A stretch of DNA of 64,000 bases from an uncultured Christensenella sp. (GCA_964564685.1 CAZMBC010000001.1:227206-291205); one strand, 5' to 3'. Positions 37,824 through 50,487 are shown, numbered from the stretch's first letter. Notes: a model not told the origin generated them from the sequence alone. Translations and numbers: made by a program.

Positions 37824-39164
37824 CTATACACGATTCGCCATACTTTTGATGTCGTTTATAATAACTTTTAGGCGATTGTTTTCTTTTAGATCGTTAGTTA
37901 TCTTCTCACGCGCGTGTATAACTGTGGTGTGGTCTTTTTTTCCAAACAACTGTGCAATTGACGTTAGCGGAAGGTCAAGCATATCGTAAATAATATACAT
38001 ACAAATTTGCCTTGGCTCTACAATCTCTTTGTTTCGTTTTTTGCCCACAAGGTCATCTTTGCTAATAGAAAAGTATTTACATACGCAATCTATAATGCGC
38101 TCGCTAGTTAAACTAACTCGATTAGTGGAAATATGGTCCTTTAATGCTTCTTTAAGGTCGTCCAAAGTAGCTTCTTCCTTTCCTAATAGGGTAGAGTAAA
38201 AGTAAACTTTGCTTAAAATGCCTTCCATTTCGCGGATATTAGTATCGCAATTATCTGCAATATAACTAAGAACCTCGTCGTTAACATTGTATTTTTCTTC
38301 TTGCACCTTTTTTTGAAGAATAGCCAAACGCGTTTCAAAATCAGGTGATTGAATATCCTGTATCAACCCGCTACTAAACCTGCTACGCAACCTTTCTTCT
38401 AGCGTTGCAATCTCTTTAGGATGGCGGTCAGAAGCAATAATAATTTGTTTGTTGTTTTGATACAAATCGTTAAATGTATGAAAGAACTCTTCCTGAGTAG
38501 ATACTTTGTTTGAAATAAACTGAATGTCGTCAATAATAAGAATATCTAAATTACGATATTTTTCACGGAATTTACTATTAGCATAATCTTTGCCACTTTT
38601 AAGGCTTTCAATATAGTCATTAGTAAACTTTTCGCAAGTTACGTAAAGAACTTTTAATTCCGGATAGTTCTTGCGCACATAATTGCCAATAGAATGTAAC
38701 AAGTGAGTTTTTCCTAGCCCAACACCACCGTAAATAAACAAAGGATTTATTCGGCTAAATGGATGCTCTGCCACGCCGCGCGCTGCTGCATATACATAGC
38801 GGTTGGAGTTTCCTACAACAAAGGTGTCAAATGTGTATTTAGGGTTAAAGTTGCAAAGCACATTATTATCTTCGTTATTTTGCGTAATAAGAGCTTCTAA
38901 CCCATATCGTTCGCGCTCGTTAGGGTCAAGCACAACATAATCCTTTATTTCGTCACTAGCAAGCATAAGCGCTTCCTTAATAGCGTTTCCATGAGAGTTT
39001 ATAATGCGCTGTTTTGCTGTTTCGCTAGTGGTGCTTAAATAAAAAATTCCGTCTTTAAAATCCACAGGCTCAAGCGATTTTATCCAAAGGTCAAAGGAGG
39101 TTACTGAAATCTCTTTTTGCAACTTATTTAACGCACTTTCCCAAACATTGTTTAATTTTAACAA
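37824..39164 (-). CDS. dnaA: Chromosomal replication initiator protein DnaA
   Basis: Walker A GGVGLGKTHLLHS, IIDDIQF, and domain IV KKRNKEIVEPRQICMYI...KDHTTVIHA. TTG start at 39164 preceded by an AGGAGG RBS. Confidence 0.95.
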   Translation of the reverse strand: MLKLNNVWESALNKLQKEISVTSFDLWIKSLEPVDFKDGIFYLSTTSETAKQRIINSHGNAIKEALMLASDEIKDYVVLDPNERERYGLEALITQNNEDNNVLCNFNPKYTFDTFVVGNSNRYVYAAARGVAEHPFSRINPLFIYGGVGLGKTHLLHSIGNYVRKNYPELKVLYVTCEKFTNDYIESLKSGKDYANSKFREKYRNLDILIIDDIQFISNKVSTQEEFFHTFNDLYQNNKQIIIASDRHPKEIATLEERLRSRFSSGLIQDIQSPDFETRLAILQKKVQEEKYNVNDEVLSYIADNCDTNIREMEGILSKVYFYSTLLGKEEATLDDLKEALKDHISTNRVSLTSERIIDCVCKYFSISKDDLVGKKRNKEIVEPRQICMYIIYDMLDLPLTSIAQLFGKKDHTTVIHAREKITNDLKENNRLKVIINDIKSMANRV

Positions 39165-39202
39165 TACTTTTACCTCCTAGTGTTTATATATAAATATAAA
39201 AT

Positions 39203-39231
39203 ATTATATCAATTAATAATCCTAAAGTAAA
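39203..39231 (-). promoter_or_regulatory. Candidate dnaA promoter (extended -10)
   Basis: Minus strand reads TTTACT (39231-39226), 17-nt spacer containing TG, then TATAAT (39208-39203). It lies within the 110-bp recF-dnaA spacer. Confidence 0.4.
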
Positions 39232-39274
39232 GAGAAAATGAAAAAATACCCATTTTTTCAGCATATATAACGCT

Positions 39275-40363
39275 TTAATATTGGGTATTTATAGTTCCAT
39301 TTTCAATTATGAATTTGGTGGCAGGAATATCGTAGTTAAAAGAGGTGCAGGTTACAATAGTTTGCAAGTTTTTAACGCGGTTTAGCAATTTTAATTTGCG
39401 GTTTGTATCCAGTTCGCTTAACACATCATCTAGTAACAAAACGGGATATTCACCAATATTGTCTTTAAAAACCTCTAGTTCTGCCAGTTTTAACGCCAAC
39501 GCCACTGTGCGCTGCTGTCCTTGGCTTCCAAAATGACGCACATCAATGTTGTTAAGCGTAATTTTCATGTCGTCACGGTGTGGCCCTATGGTTGTAAAGC
39601 CCAAATTCATGTCCTTTTCCAATGACATATTGTAGCCGTTAAGCAGTTTTTCTTTAATTTCCTGCTCGCTATTACCCACCATACCAACATAAGTTATTTC
39701 CAAACTTTCGTTGTTCTCTGTTAAATAATTTTGCACTTCGTTGGCATAAACTTTTAGTTTATCTATTAGCTTAATGCGTTCCATAATTATTTTACAGCCT
39801 ACCTCAGCCAACTGTTCGTTCCAAATAGAAATTGTGTCGGCAAGTACCTTGCGGTCAGAGGTTACTTTTAAAAGTTTGTTACGCTGTTGTAATATATTAT
39901 TGTACTTGCCTAAATTATAAAAGTAGTTTTTGTTAAATTGCGAAAGGTCAATATCCATAAAGCGCCTGCGTTCGTCCGGACTTTCCTTAACTAATTTTAA
40001 TTCATCGGGTGAAAAGTATATGGCATTAAATTCTCCCATAAGTTCGCCCATTCTTTTTATAGGCAATGAGTTAATTTTAATTGCTTTGTTTTGATTGTTA
40101 AACAAATAAACCTCAATTTTTCCATTGCCAAGTTTTTTGCTAACTTCTAGCGTAATTTTACTAAATGAGCATCCCCACTTAATAAGGTCCTTATCCTTTG
40201 TGGTGCGTGGACTGCGTCCTATAGCGCATAAAAACACACCCTCTAACATGTTTGTTTTGCCTTGTGCGTTTTGCCCAATTAAAACATTAAGTCCGCTGTT
40301 AAAGTGTATTTTTTGATTACTGTAGTTTCGATAATTATTAAGTTGTAAGCTTTTAATAACCAT
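39275..40363 (-). CDS. recF: DNA replication and repair protein RecF
   Basis: Walker A GQNAQGKTNMLEG, signature FGSQGQQRTVALALKLAE, Walker B LLLDDVLSELD. Confidence 0.9.
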   Translation of the reverse strand: MVIKSLQLNNYRNYSNQKIHFNSGLNVLIGQNAQGKTNMLEGVFLCAIGRSPRTTKDKDLIKWGCSFSKITLEVSKKLGNGKIEVYLFNNQNKAIKINSLPIKRMGELMGEFNAIYFSPDELKLVKESPDERRRFMDIDLSQFNKNYFYNLGKYNNILQQRNKLLKVTSDRKVLADTISIWNEQLAEVGCKIIMERIKLIDKLKVYANEVQNYLTENNESLEITYVGMVGNSEQEIKEKLLNGYNMSLEKDMNLGFTTIGPHRDDMKITLNNIDVRHFGSQGQQRTVALALKLAELEVFKDNIGEYPVLLLDDVLSELDTNRKLKLLNRVKNLQTIVTCTSFNYDIPATKFIIENGTINTQY

Positions 40364-40453
40364 ATTTTATATTATATCACAAATTATTAAAAATTCATAT
40401 TGTTTTATACAATTTTTCATGTTATACTAAAGCGTACTAGGAGATTTCTTGTT

Positions 40454-40978
40454 ATGGAAACAATTATATTTGTAGAAAACAAAGCGCAACAAATAAACCT
40501 TAAAATAACATGCGAACACTTTGACGGCCAGGGCCTTGCACAGCGCACTGAAGAGCTAAATCAACAACTAAACACTAGTGGTAAAATAGAAAGTTTTAGC
40601 GGATTTCAAAACGAACATATTTACTTGTTGCTTATGATGCAGGGCGCGATTGTGTGCGCTCATGAAGAAAACAACAAAAAATGCGGAATAAAATATTGCT
40701 ATAATCCGCAAAGCAATAAATTTACAAGCAGTGAATATAATAAACTTCCACAGGAATATATAATATATGACTTGCCTAAAAATGAAAGCTATTGCAACAA
40801 TAACGCTTTTATACGCATACACGGCATGCAAATTAAAGATAATCATTACGATTTTGAAATAAAACACAATGCACTAGGATTTGAAAGTTTTACAATAACA
40901 AAAACTGATGTAAAACAAAACAACAAAGCCAATGCACAAACAATAACATATGTTAAACAATTAGGAGGCAAAATATAA
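40454..40978 (+). CDS. Hypothetical protein (174 aa from ATG 40454)
   Basis: AGGAG RBS before ATG 40454. No recognisable motif. Occupies the recF/gyrB gap. Confidence 0.45.
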   Translation: METIIFVENKAQQINLKITCEHFDGQGLAQRTEELNQQLNTSGKIESFSGFQNEHIYLLLMMQGAIVCAHEENNKKCGIKYCYNPQSNKFTSSEYNKLPQEYIIYDLPKNESYCNNNAFIRIHGMQIKDNHYDFEIKHNALGFESFTITKTDVKQNNKANAQTITYVKQLGGKI

Positions 40979-41165
40979 AGCCTCCTTTTTTATATCTAAA
41001 ACACGCCCAACTTAAAGTTTTATATATTTTACTAACCTCTTGCGTTTAGCGTGTTTTAAGCCCTATATAATGTGTTATTATATATAATAATATATATTTA
41101 TTATAATAATATAATAAAAACGCTTTGTTTAAAAATAAAAATATGTTATAATCTGCATTAAATAA

Positions 41166-43124
<1,959 letters not shown>

Positions 43125-43139
43125 TAAAGGTGAAAGTTT

Positions 43140-45698
43140 ATGGACAAACACGAAATTGATGAAATTTTAGAAAAAGTAGATAATAGTAAAATTATCGATA
43201 TTAAAGTTAAGGAAGAGCTTGAAAAATCCTTTATTGCCTACGCTATGGCTGTTAATGTTAGCCGTGCTATTCCAGATGTAAGGGATGGTCTTAAACCCGT
43301 TCACCGCCGTATTTTATATTCCATGAACGAATTGGGTTTAACACCAGATAAGGCTTATAAGAAATGTGCTACCATAGTTGGTGATGTTTTAGGTAAATAT
43401 CACCCTCATGGTGATAGTTCGGTTTATGATGCGCTTGTGCGTTTGGCGCAAGATTTTTCTATTAATTTGCCCTTGGTAGATGGCCACGGAAATTTTGGCT
43501 CGGTAGATGGTGACGGTGCGGCTGCGTATCGTTATACCGAGGCTCGTATGAGCAAACTAGCAATTGAAATGTTGCGCGAAATAGATAAGGATACAGTAGA
43601 CTTTTATCCTAACTTTGATGATACATTAATGCAACCTGTAGTGCTTCCTTCTCGCTTTCCTAACTTACTAGTAAATGGCTCGGACGGCATTGCTGTGGGT
43701 ATGGCAACAAACATTCCTCCTCATAATCTTTCGGAAGTTATAGATGGTGTTATTGCACTAATTGATAATAGTGAAATAGAAATTGATGAACTTATTAAGT
43801 ACATTAAAGGCCCTGATTTTCCTACTCGCGCAATTATTATGGGCAGAAACGGCATTCGTCAAATGTATCAAACGGGCAAAGGTACTTTTTTAATCCGCAG
43901 TAAAGCCGAAATTGAGGAACTTGCCAACGGCCGTCAGCGCATTGTTGTTACAGAAATTCCTTATCAGGTTAACAAATCAAAACTTATTATGCAAATTGCA
44001 GATTTGGTTAAGGATAAGCGAATTGATGGCATAAGTGACATTAAGGAAGAAAGCGACCGCGAGGGTATGCGTATTGTTATTGATGTTAAAAGGGATGCTA
44101 ACGCACAGGTTGTGCTAAATACTCTTTACAAACACACACAACTACAAATATCATTTGGCGCAATTATGCTAGCGCTTGTAGATGGCTCTCCAAAAGTGTT
44201 AAATTTAAAAGAAATTTTAACGCATTATCTAAACTTCCAAAAATCAGTTATTATCCGCAGAACAAAGTTCGATTTAGATAAGGCAGAGCAAAAAGCCCAC
44301 ATATTGCAAGGCTTGGTTATCGCACAAGCAAATATTGATGAAGTTATTCGTACAATAAAACTTTCGGACGATAAAAACGATGCAATTGCAAAGCTAGTTA
44401 AACTATTTAACCTAACCGAAAAACAAGCCACAGCAATTTTGGATATGCGTTTACAACGTCTAACAGGGCTTGAGGTTGAAAAACTTAAACAAGAACTTGT
44501 CAGTGTCGAAAATGCTATTAAGGAATTTAAAGAAATTCTTGCTAGCGAAGAAAAGGTTATGTTAATTATTAAACACGACTTAACAGAAATTAAAGAAAAA
44601 TATGGTGTGCCAAGAAAAAGCGAAATTTCAATTGATTATGGCGATATTGATATTGAAGATCTTATTGAAAAAGAGGATGTTGTAATTTCACTTACTCATG
44701 GTGGATATATCAAACGCATGCCTATTAGTGAATACAAGGCACAACACCGAGGCGGAATGGGAGTTATTGCTCACAAAACAAAAGAAGAAGACTTTGTTGA
44801 AAACATTTTTGTAACATCCACACACGATAAATTGTTCTGCTTTAGCACAAAGGGTCGCGTTTATACACTTAAGGCATACGAAGTGCCAGAGGCTCAAAAG
44901 AACAGCAAGGGCAGAGCGTTTGTTAATCTGCTTCAGTTAGACGCAGACGAGCGCATAACCACGCTTATCCCTATTCCAGATGGAACAGAGGGCTATTTGT
45001 TTATGGCAACTCGCCTTGGCATGATTAAAAAGACAAATTTAACCGAGTTTGAAAGCATTCGCAAAAACGGAAAAATTGCAATTAAACTAAATGACGGCGA
45101 CCAGTTAATTTCTGTTTATGTAACAAATGGTGATAACGAAATTATTATGGCATCATCCACAGGCAAATGTATTCGCTTCCACGAAAGCGCTGTTAGGGCG
45201 TTGGGACGCGAAACAATTGGCGTAAAATCAATTAAACTAAACGAAAACGAGTATATTGTGGATATGAGCGTGGTGAAACCCGACCATAAAATGCTAACCA
45301 TATCGGAATACGGTTATGGCAAACGAAGCGAAGAAGACGAATATCGTGTTCAAGGTCGTGGTGGAAAGGGTATTAAGGCTGGCGTGTTTAACGAACAAAC
45401 GGGCGGGCTTGTTAACTTAAAGCAAGTTTGCGACGATAATGATGTTATGATTATTGGTGATGATGGCCAAATAATCCGTGTTAAAGCTGCTGAAATTAGC
45501 GTAATAGGCCGTAACACTAAAGGCGTTAAACTTATGCGTATGAAAGAGGGTAGCAAAATAGTTTGCGTTGCAATTGTTCCTAGTGAAGAGGCTGAAGAGG
45601 TTCTTGCAGAGGGTTTATCCGAACAGTCAACCAACTTGGTTGATGAGGCTGTTACACATGAACAAGTATCCGATACTTTAGAAACCCCAGAACTTTAA
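43140..45698 (+). CDS. gyrA: DNA gyrase subunit A
   Basis: [26 protein letters not shown] and the active-site region [10 protein letters not shown]. 852 aa. Confidence 0.95.
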   Translation: MDKHEIDEILEKVDNSKIIDIKVKEELEKSFIAYAMAVNVSRAIPDVRDGLKPVHRRILYSMNELGLTPDKAYKKCATIVGDVLGKYHPHGDSSVYDALVRLAQDFSINLPLVDGHGNFGSVDGDGAAAYRYTEARMSKLAIEMLREIDKDTVDFYPNFDDTLMQPVVLPSRFPNLLVNGSDGIAVGMATNIPPHNLSEVIDGVIALIDNSEIEIDELIKYIKGPDFPTRAIIMGRNGIRQMYQTGKGTFLIRSKAEIEELANGRQRIVVTEIPYQVNKSKLIMQIADLVKDKRIDGISDIKEESDREGMRIVIDVKRDANAQVVLNTLYKHTQLQISFGAIMLALVDGSPKVLNLKEILTHYLNFQKSVIIRRTKFDLDKAEQKAHILQGLVIAQANIDEVIRTIKLSDDKNDAIAKLVKLFNLTEKQATAILDMRLQRLTGLEVEKLKQELVSVENAIKEFKEILASEEKVMLIIKHDLTEIKEKYGVPRKSEISIDYGDIDIEDLIEKEDVVISLTHGGYIKRMPISEYKAQHRGGMGVIAHKTKEEDFVENIFVTSTHDKLFCFSTKGRVYTLKAYEVPEAQKNSKGRAFVNLLQLDADERITTLIPIPDGTEGYLFMATRLGMIKKTNLTEFESIRKNGKIAIKLNDGDQLISVYVTNGDNEIIMASSTGKCIRFHESAVRALGRETIGVKSIKLNENEYIVDMSVVKPDHKMLTISEYGYGKRSEEDEYRVQGRGGKGIKAGVFNEQTGGLVNLKQVCDDNDVMIIGDDGQIIRVKAAEISVIGRNTKGVKLMRMKEGSKIVCVAIVPSEEAEEVLAEGLSEQSTNLVDEAVTHEQVSDTLETPEL

Positions 45699-45740
45699 TT
45701 TAAAGCGCAAAACTAAAAAAATAAGCAAAATAGTAAACAA

Positions 45741-45772
45741 AAAAGCATATTGGTTTTCAATATGCTTTTTTT
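45741..45772 (+). terminator. Rho-independent terminator after gyrA
   Basis: AGCATATTG (45744-45752) pairs with CAATATGCT (45758-45766), followed by a T-run. Confidence 0.8.
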
Positions 45773-45864
45773 GTTATAATAATCACAAATATAATTTAAA
45801 ATTAACCGATTAAAACAAAAATTAAAATAACATTTTAATGATTGAAAAAATTAAAAAAAATGTG

Positions 45865-46752
45865 TTACTTTATTATTCTTGCTTTTTTAAACCAAGGAGT
45901 TTGAATAACTTTGCCTGCAAGCGACATAATTATCATAATAACTTTAGTAAGCGTAGTTAACGCAATTAATACAATGCCAAACACCAGCAAAACAGCCATA
46001 CAAAGTTGTACAACATTGTTTTCAAACTTTAACAAATAACCTGCAAGTATAAAGCCTATTCCAAAAACATCAACAATGTTTACTTCCAAACCCTCGTTTG
46101 CGTGAAAGCGAACAAATGGGTTCTTGCCTGCAAAAAGTAGCGGAATAAAAAACAAAATATAAGCAAGCCATGCAACTTTTCTGCCTTTTTTAACATCATC
46201 TGCAGATATATTTTGCAGATTAAGTTCAGCTTTTTGCTTTTCGCGAGCTTTGTGCCCTTCGTCCGTGGTCACGTAAACAGGTTCTCCCGCAGGAGATGCG
46301 TTGTTTTGTTCCATATTGTTTATTGCGCTTGTGTTGCCCTCATATTGCTCAAAATTGTTGTTTTGTAAATATTCCGCTTCGGGGATATATCCGTCAACAC
46401 TCATTCCAAAAGCATCATTTTTATTGCTTTCAGTTAAGTCATTTGCAGAAATGCCTCCTTGAGCAAACTTATTTTCCATATTGTTGGAGTTCACAGTTAA
46501 ATTTTCAGCTTTTTTAGCGTATTCAGCGCTGGCCAAGTTTGCACTTTTTGTATCCATAGTGTTAACACTAGGAGTTTGTTCAACCTCTTCTAATGCTGGC
46601 ACATTTGTCTGCTGTTTCATTTTTAAATCATGTAATTTACGAATGGTGTTTAAAGATGCAATTAGCGAACTTTTAACGTTTGAAGCGTTTTTTACAAGGT
46701 CACTATCGTTCAAAGGCATGCCACCATTAAGATATGGGTTGTTGTTGTCCAT
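45865..46752 (-). CDS. Membrane protein with low-complexity N-terminal half and DUF4870-like C-terminal TM domain
   Basis: C-terminal block VAWLAYILFFIPLLFAGKNPFVRFHANEGLEVNIV resembles the DUF4870 signature (..FVRFHANQ..). Confidence 0.55.
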   Translation of the reverse strand: MDNNNPYLNGGMPLNDSDLVKNASNVKSSLIASLNTIRKLHDLKMKQQTNVPALEEVEQTPSVNTMDTKSANLASAEYAKKAENLTVNSNNMENKFAQGGISANDLTESNKNDAFGMSVDGYIPEAEYLQNNNFEQYEGNTSAINNMEQNNASPAGEPVYVTTDEGHKAREKQKAELNLQNISADDVKKGRKVAWLAYILFFIPLLFAGKNPFVRFHANEGLEVNIVDVFGIGFILAGYLLKFENNVVQLCMAVLLVFGIVLIALTTLTKVIMIIMSLAGKVIQTPWFKKARIIK

Positions 46753-46953
46753 ATATAAAACCTCTAAATATAATTTATACTTTATATAGTATAAAAAAAA
46801 TAATACAAAAAGTAAAACAAAATTAACAATTAAATTTGGTTGAAAAAATTACACAAAAGTTTGCTTTCATGCCAAAATTGCAATATTTTACTAAAATTGA
46901 CAAAAAAATAAAAAAAATTTTAAAATTTATAACATTTTTTTCAATATTTGATA

Positions 46954-46982
46954 TTGACAGCAAGCATTTTTAAGGATAAAAT
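46954..46982 (+). promoter_or_regulatory. Sigma-70-type promoter upstream of ORF 47035-47430
   Basis: TTGACA (46954-46959), 17 nt, TAAAAT (46977-46982). A second TTGACA-N18-TAAAAT lies at 46897-46926. Confidence 0.5.
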
Positions 46983-47034
46983 ACATATACATTTATGGTG
47001 AAATCAAAAAAATTAATTTATTTTAGGTGTTAAA

Positions 47035-47430
47035 ATGTACAAATACATAAAAAGACCAGTTGAACTTAAAAATAAAAAACTTAATGAAACAGCAACAGAT
47101 GTAATTGAGTATATAAGAAATAAAAGTTCTAACAACAACACTAAAAGCAACGAAAAAGAACAGCTTTTAAACTACTTTAAAAGAAAAAATAGTGTTGTGG
47201 AAATAAATAAAAACAAAAAAGCCTCAATTGTTAAAAAAGTTTTAGTAGAAGGACGAGAACGCCCAATAGTGTTTGAAGATATTGTTGTTTATTTAAACAA
47301 ACCATATTATAATCCAAATTTAATAAACACATTTAATCAAAACTCAATAACTAACAAGTTAAATACATCATACAAAAATGCAACTGAAGTAATTGAAATC
47401 TCAAACTATGAACGCATTTCAAGATTATAA
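47035..47430 (+). CDS. Hypothetical Lys/Asn-rich protein (131 aa)
   Basis: ORF with an upstream promoter and a downstream terminator. No motif recognised. Confidence 0.4.
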   Translation: MYKYIKRPVELKNKKLNETATDVIEYIRNKSSNNNTKSNEKEQLLNYFKRKNSVVEINKNKKASIVKKVLVEGRERPIVFEDIVVYLNKPYYNPNLINTFNQNSITNKLNTSYKNATEVIEISNYERISRL

Positions 47431-47480
47431 TCAATAAAAATTGACCGTACAACAAAAATATGTTACATAATAGTTAATTA

Positions 47481-47509
47481 AAAAGTGGAAGTAAACATCC
47501 ACTTTTTTC
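47481..47509 (+). terminator. Rho-independent terminator
   Basis: AAGTGGA (47483-47489) pairs with TCCACTT (47498-47504), followed by a T-run. Confidence 0.7.
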
Positions 47510-47589
47510 TTTTAAATAAACTATGCTCCTATACTAACTACTAATAAAATAATTTTAAGCTGTTTCAATTAACAATTAAATTAAAACCT

Positions 47590-48528
47590 TTAGATAATAT
47601 ACTTAAATAAAATTATTACAAAACTTAAACCTATTAAATAAAAAGAGAAATTAGAAAGCGACTGTTTTTTTACAATTTTAATCATAAACTTAATTGAAAA
47701 TATTCCCGCAACAAATGCAACAATGCACGATAGCAATATATTAATAAAAGAAATGCTTGCCAAAGTTTGCCCGTTTACTGAAAGCAACTCGTATAGCATG
47801 GATGCAAGAATAATAGGAATACTCATCAAAAACGAATATGAGGTTACGTCTTCCTTTTTTGCCCCAACAAGTAAACCTGTTGCAATTGTTGTTCCACTTC
47901 GGCTAATTGCAGGCAAAGTTGCACATCCTTGTCCAATTCCCATTGCAAAGGCTTGTTTATAAGTTAAATTCATGTTTGTTATGTCTTCTACTTCGCTATC
48001 TTCAGTTATAACTTTTCCGCCTTCAATTTTGGCGCTATCACTAGCAAATTCACTATTTTTAGTTGCAATGCTAGAAAATGCGGGCAAATCAGTTATTGTT
48101 GCTGGTTGTGGAGTAATTGTGTCTAATCCTTTAATTTTTGACAAATACTTTGGGTTTGTTGACAAATACTCGCTAACGCCCAACAACACTGCAGTTATTA
48201 AAAACCCGTAAATCAAGAACTCACCAGAAAAAGAACTTTCTATAAAGGACTTAAATATTAACACAATTACAATTGTAGGAATGGTAGAAACAACAAGTAG
48301 TTTGTTTGTTTTGCAAAAAGGATTTTTAATAAGTTGCAAAATTTGTTTTCTATACACTACAACAATAGAAAGTAAGGTTGCTAAATGCAACAAAACGCTT
48401 AAAAAGATTGTATTGTCGGTTATGTTAAAAATAGAATATAAAAGCACCAAATGTCCACTGCTGCTAACTGGCAAAAATTCGGTTAAGCCTTGAACTAAAC
48501 CTATAAACATTGTTACAATAGTATTCAT
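47590..48528 (-). CDS. uppP: Undecaprenyl-diphosphate phosphatase (UppP/BacA) with a hydrophilic insertion
   Basis: LVQGLTEFLPVSSSGHLVL and GQGCATLPAISRSGTTI. GGGGGTGGG RBS before ATG 48528. An insert of about 45 aa (KGLDTITPQ...EDITNMN) lies between the conserved halves. Confidence 0.85.
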   Translation of the reverse strand: MNTIVTMFIGLVQGLTEFLPVSSSGHLVLLYSIFNITDNTIFLSVLLHLATLLSIVVVYRKQILQLIKNPFCKTNKLLVVSTIPTIVIVLIFKSFIESSFSGEFLIYGFLITAVLLGVSEYLSTNPKYLSKIKGLDTITPQPATITDLPAFSSIATKNSEFASDSAKIEGGKVITEDSEVEDITNMNLTYKQAFAMGIGQGCATLPAISRSGTTIATGLLVGAKKEDVTSYSFLMSIPIILASMLYELLSVNGQTLASISFINILLSCIVAFVAGIFSIKFMIKIVKKQSLSNFSFYLIGLSFVIILFKYII

Positions 48529-48675
48529 ACCCACCCCCGCATTACAATATATTTTATTTTTTAATATATACATTAATGCACAAAAAAATACTTTTTAAAA
48601 TTGTGTTTATGTAGTATAATAGTGTGGAAAATTAATAAAAATTTAATTTTACTACAAAACAAAAAAGGGGCATTT

Positions 48676-49773
48676 ATGAAATTAGGCGTTGTTGGTTTGC
48701 CAAATGTGGGCAAAAGTACACTATTTAACGCAATCACAAAAAACAATATTCCCAGCGAAAACTATCCTTTTTGTACAATAGAACCCAATACTGGCGTTGT
48801 TGCTGTACCAGATATAAGGCTGGATGTTTTAGGGAAAATGTATAATACAAAAAAAATCACACCGGCAATAATAGAGTTTGTGGATATTGCGGGCTTGGTT
48901 AAAGGCGCGTCTAAAGGCGAGGGACTTGGAAATAAGTTTTTAAGTCATATTCGTGAAGTGGATGCAATTGTTCATGTTGTTAGATGTTTTGAAAACGAAA
49001 AGATTATACATGTGGATGGAAACATAGACCCTGTTAGGGATATTGAAGAGATTAACTTGGAGCTTATTCTTGCCGACCTAGAAAGCGTAACAAAAAGGTT
49101 AGAGCGCGTTCAAAAAAGTGTAAAGGGCGGAGATAAAAATGCTGTTAAGGAAAAGGAATTGCTAGAAAAACTGCTTAAGGTGTTGGAAAGCGAAAAACCT
49201 GTGCGCAGTTATCCCGCTAGCGAGGAGGAAAAAGAGCTTATAAGAGGTTTCTTTTTAATAACTAGCAAGCCTGTTATATATTGTGCAAACATTAGCGACG
49301 GCCAGTTGGCGCTAAATGAGGATGACATTATAAATGTTAGGCGTGTAAAGGAATACGCCCAAAACGAGAACAGCCAAGTGGTGGTTATTTGTGCAAAACT
49401 TGAAGAAGAGCTTTCACAACTTTCAGGCGAAGAACAAGAGATGTTTAAAGAAGAGCTTAACCTAAAACATTCGGGTTTGGAAAAACTTATTATAGCAGGA
49501 TACTCGCTTTTAGGGTTTATAAGCTATTTAACCGCAGGCGAGCAAGAGGTTAGAGCATGGACAATTAAAAATGGCACAAAAGCACCACAAGCGGCAGGCA
49601 AAATACACACCGATTTTGAGCGCGGGTTTATAAAAGCCGAAGTTGTAACTTACAGCGACCTTGTGGAACTGGGCAGTTACGCAACCGCAAAAGAAAAGGG
49701 AAAAGTGCGTATAGAGGGCAAGGATTATGTTGTTAAAGATGGCGACATAATGTTGTTTAGATTTAATGTTTAA
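48676..49773 (+). CDS. ychF: Redox-regulated ribosome-binding ATPase YchF
   Basis: MKLGVVGLPNVGKSTLFNA, C-terminal TGS-like region IHTDFERGFIKAEV, 365 aa from ATG 48676. Confidence 0.9.
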   Translation: MKLGVVGLPNVGKSTLFNAITKNNIPSENYPFCTIEPNTGVVAVPDIRLDVLGKMYNTKKITPAIIEFVDIAGLVKGASKGEGLGNKFLSHIREVDAIVHVVRCFENEKIIHVDGNIDPVRDIEEINLELILADLESVTKRLERVQKSVKGGDKNAVKEKELLEKLLKVLESEKPVRSYPASEEEKELIRGFFLITSKPVIYCANISDGQLALNEDDIINVRRVKEYAQNENSQVVVICAKLEEELSQLSGEEQEMFKEELNLKHSGLEKLIIAGYSLLGFISYLTAGEQEVRAWTIKNGTKAPQAAGKIHTDFERGFIKAEVVTYSDLVELGSYATAKEKGKVRIEGKDYVVKDGDIMLFRFNV

Positions 49774-49836
49774 GGGTTAAAATAGTTATTAAACACCACA
49801 TAAAAAAATAAATATAAATATTTAAGGAGATATTTT

Positions 49837-50364
49837 ATGAGTAATAAAAAAAATGAATGTCATTGTGAACACGACCACGAGCAAAATGTTAGGTTTAACA
49901 CCGAAAACGACCTAAATATAGCAATAATAAAGGACGGAAAAGATTTGTTAATTAATGAGGACTGCTGTACTTGTATTAACATTATGCTAAAAAATGATGG
50001 ACAAATTTTAACATCCTTTTTAGGTTCGCACAACGAGTATATTGTAAGCCAGTTAGAGCAAGCACAAAAATACTATTTCAAAAGTTTAAAAAAGGCGCTT
50101 AAAGCGCAGGTTTTGGAGCAAGAATACGCGCACGAATGTTCAGACCACTACCATTGTGATGATGATTGTGGCTGTGATGAACACTGTGACGAAGATAATT
50201 GTGATTGCAACGAACATGACTGTAACTGCTCAGAAAATTGCACCTGTGGAGATGATTGCAATTGCACCGAGGAACACAAATGCAACGAAAATTGCACCTG
50301 TGGAGAACATAAACATAAAAAGACAAACAAGTCCGAAACTAAAAAGAAAACACAAAAAAAGTAG
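49837..50364 (+). CDS. Cys/His/Asp/Glu-rich putative metal-binding protein
   Basis: 175 aa. The N-terminus has ECHCEHDHE. The C-terminal roughly 75 aa hold 17 Cys in repeating CxC-x3-4-C units (CGCDEHC, CDCNEHDC, CNCSENC, CTCGDDC, CNCTEEHKC, CTCGEH), followed by a Lys-rich tail. Confidence 0.6.
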   Translation: MSNKKNECHCEHDHEQNVRFNTENDLNIAIIKDGKDLLINEDCCTCINIMLKNDGQILTSFLGSHNEYIVSQLEQAQKYYFKSLKKALKAQVLEQEYAHECSDHYHCDDDCGCDEHCDEDNCDCNEHDCNCSENCTCGDDCNCTEEHKCNENCTCGEHKHKKTNKSETKKKTQKK

Positions 50365-50388
50365 TTAGAAAATAACTACTTTTTTTTA
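50354..50388 (+). terminator. Rho-independent terminator overlapping the stop codon of the Cys-rich gene
   Basis: AGTAGTTA (50360-50367) pairs with TAACTACT (50373-50380), followed by T8. Confidence 0.75.
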
Positions 50389-50487
50389 ATAATCTTTTAA
50401 GTTAAACACTGTTTTGTTAAGTAAATAAAATTTATAAACATAAATGGTTTAAAAATTTAAATAAACTTTATTTTAGCGATGTGAAAA

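Noticed and set aside
46255-46275. GGTCACGTAAACA, a parS-like half site inside gene 45865-46752
   Set aside because: It has multiple mismatches and broken dyad symmetry relative to TGTTTCACGTGAAACA, so it is a chance CACGT core.
50099-50368. Three overlapping ORFs (both strands) across the Cys-rich gene tail
   Set aside because: They are artefacts of the repetitive TG(T/C)/GA(T/C)/AA(T/C) codon run. The +1 gene has an RBS, a terminator and a coherent motif structure.
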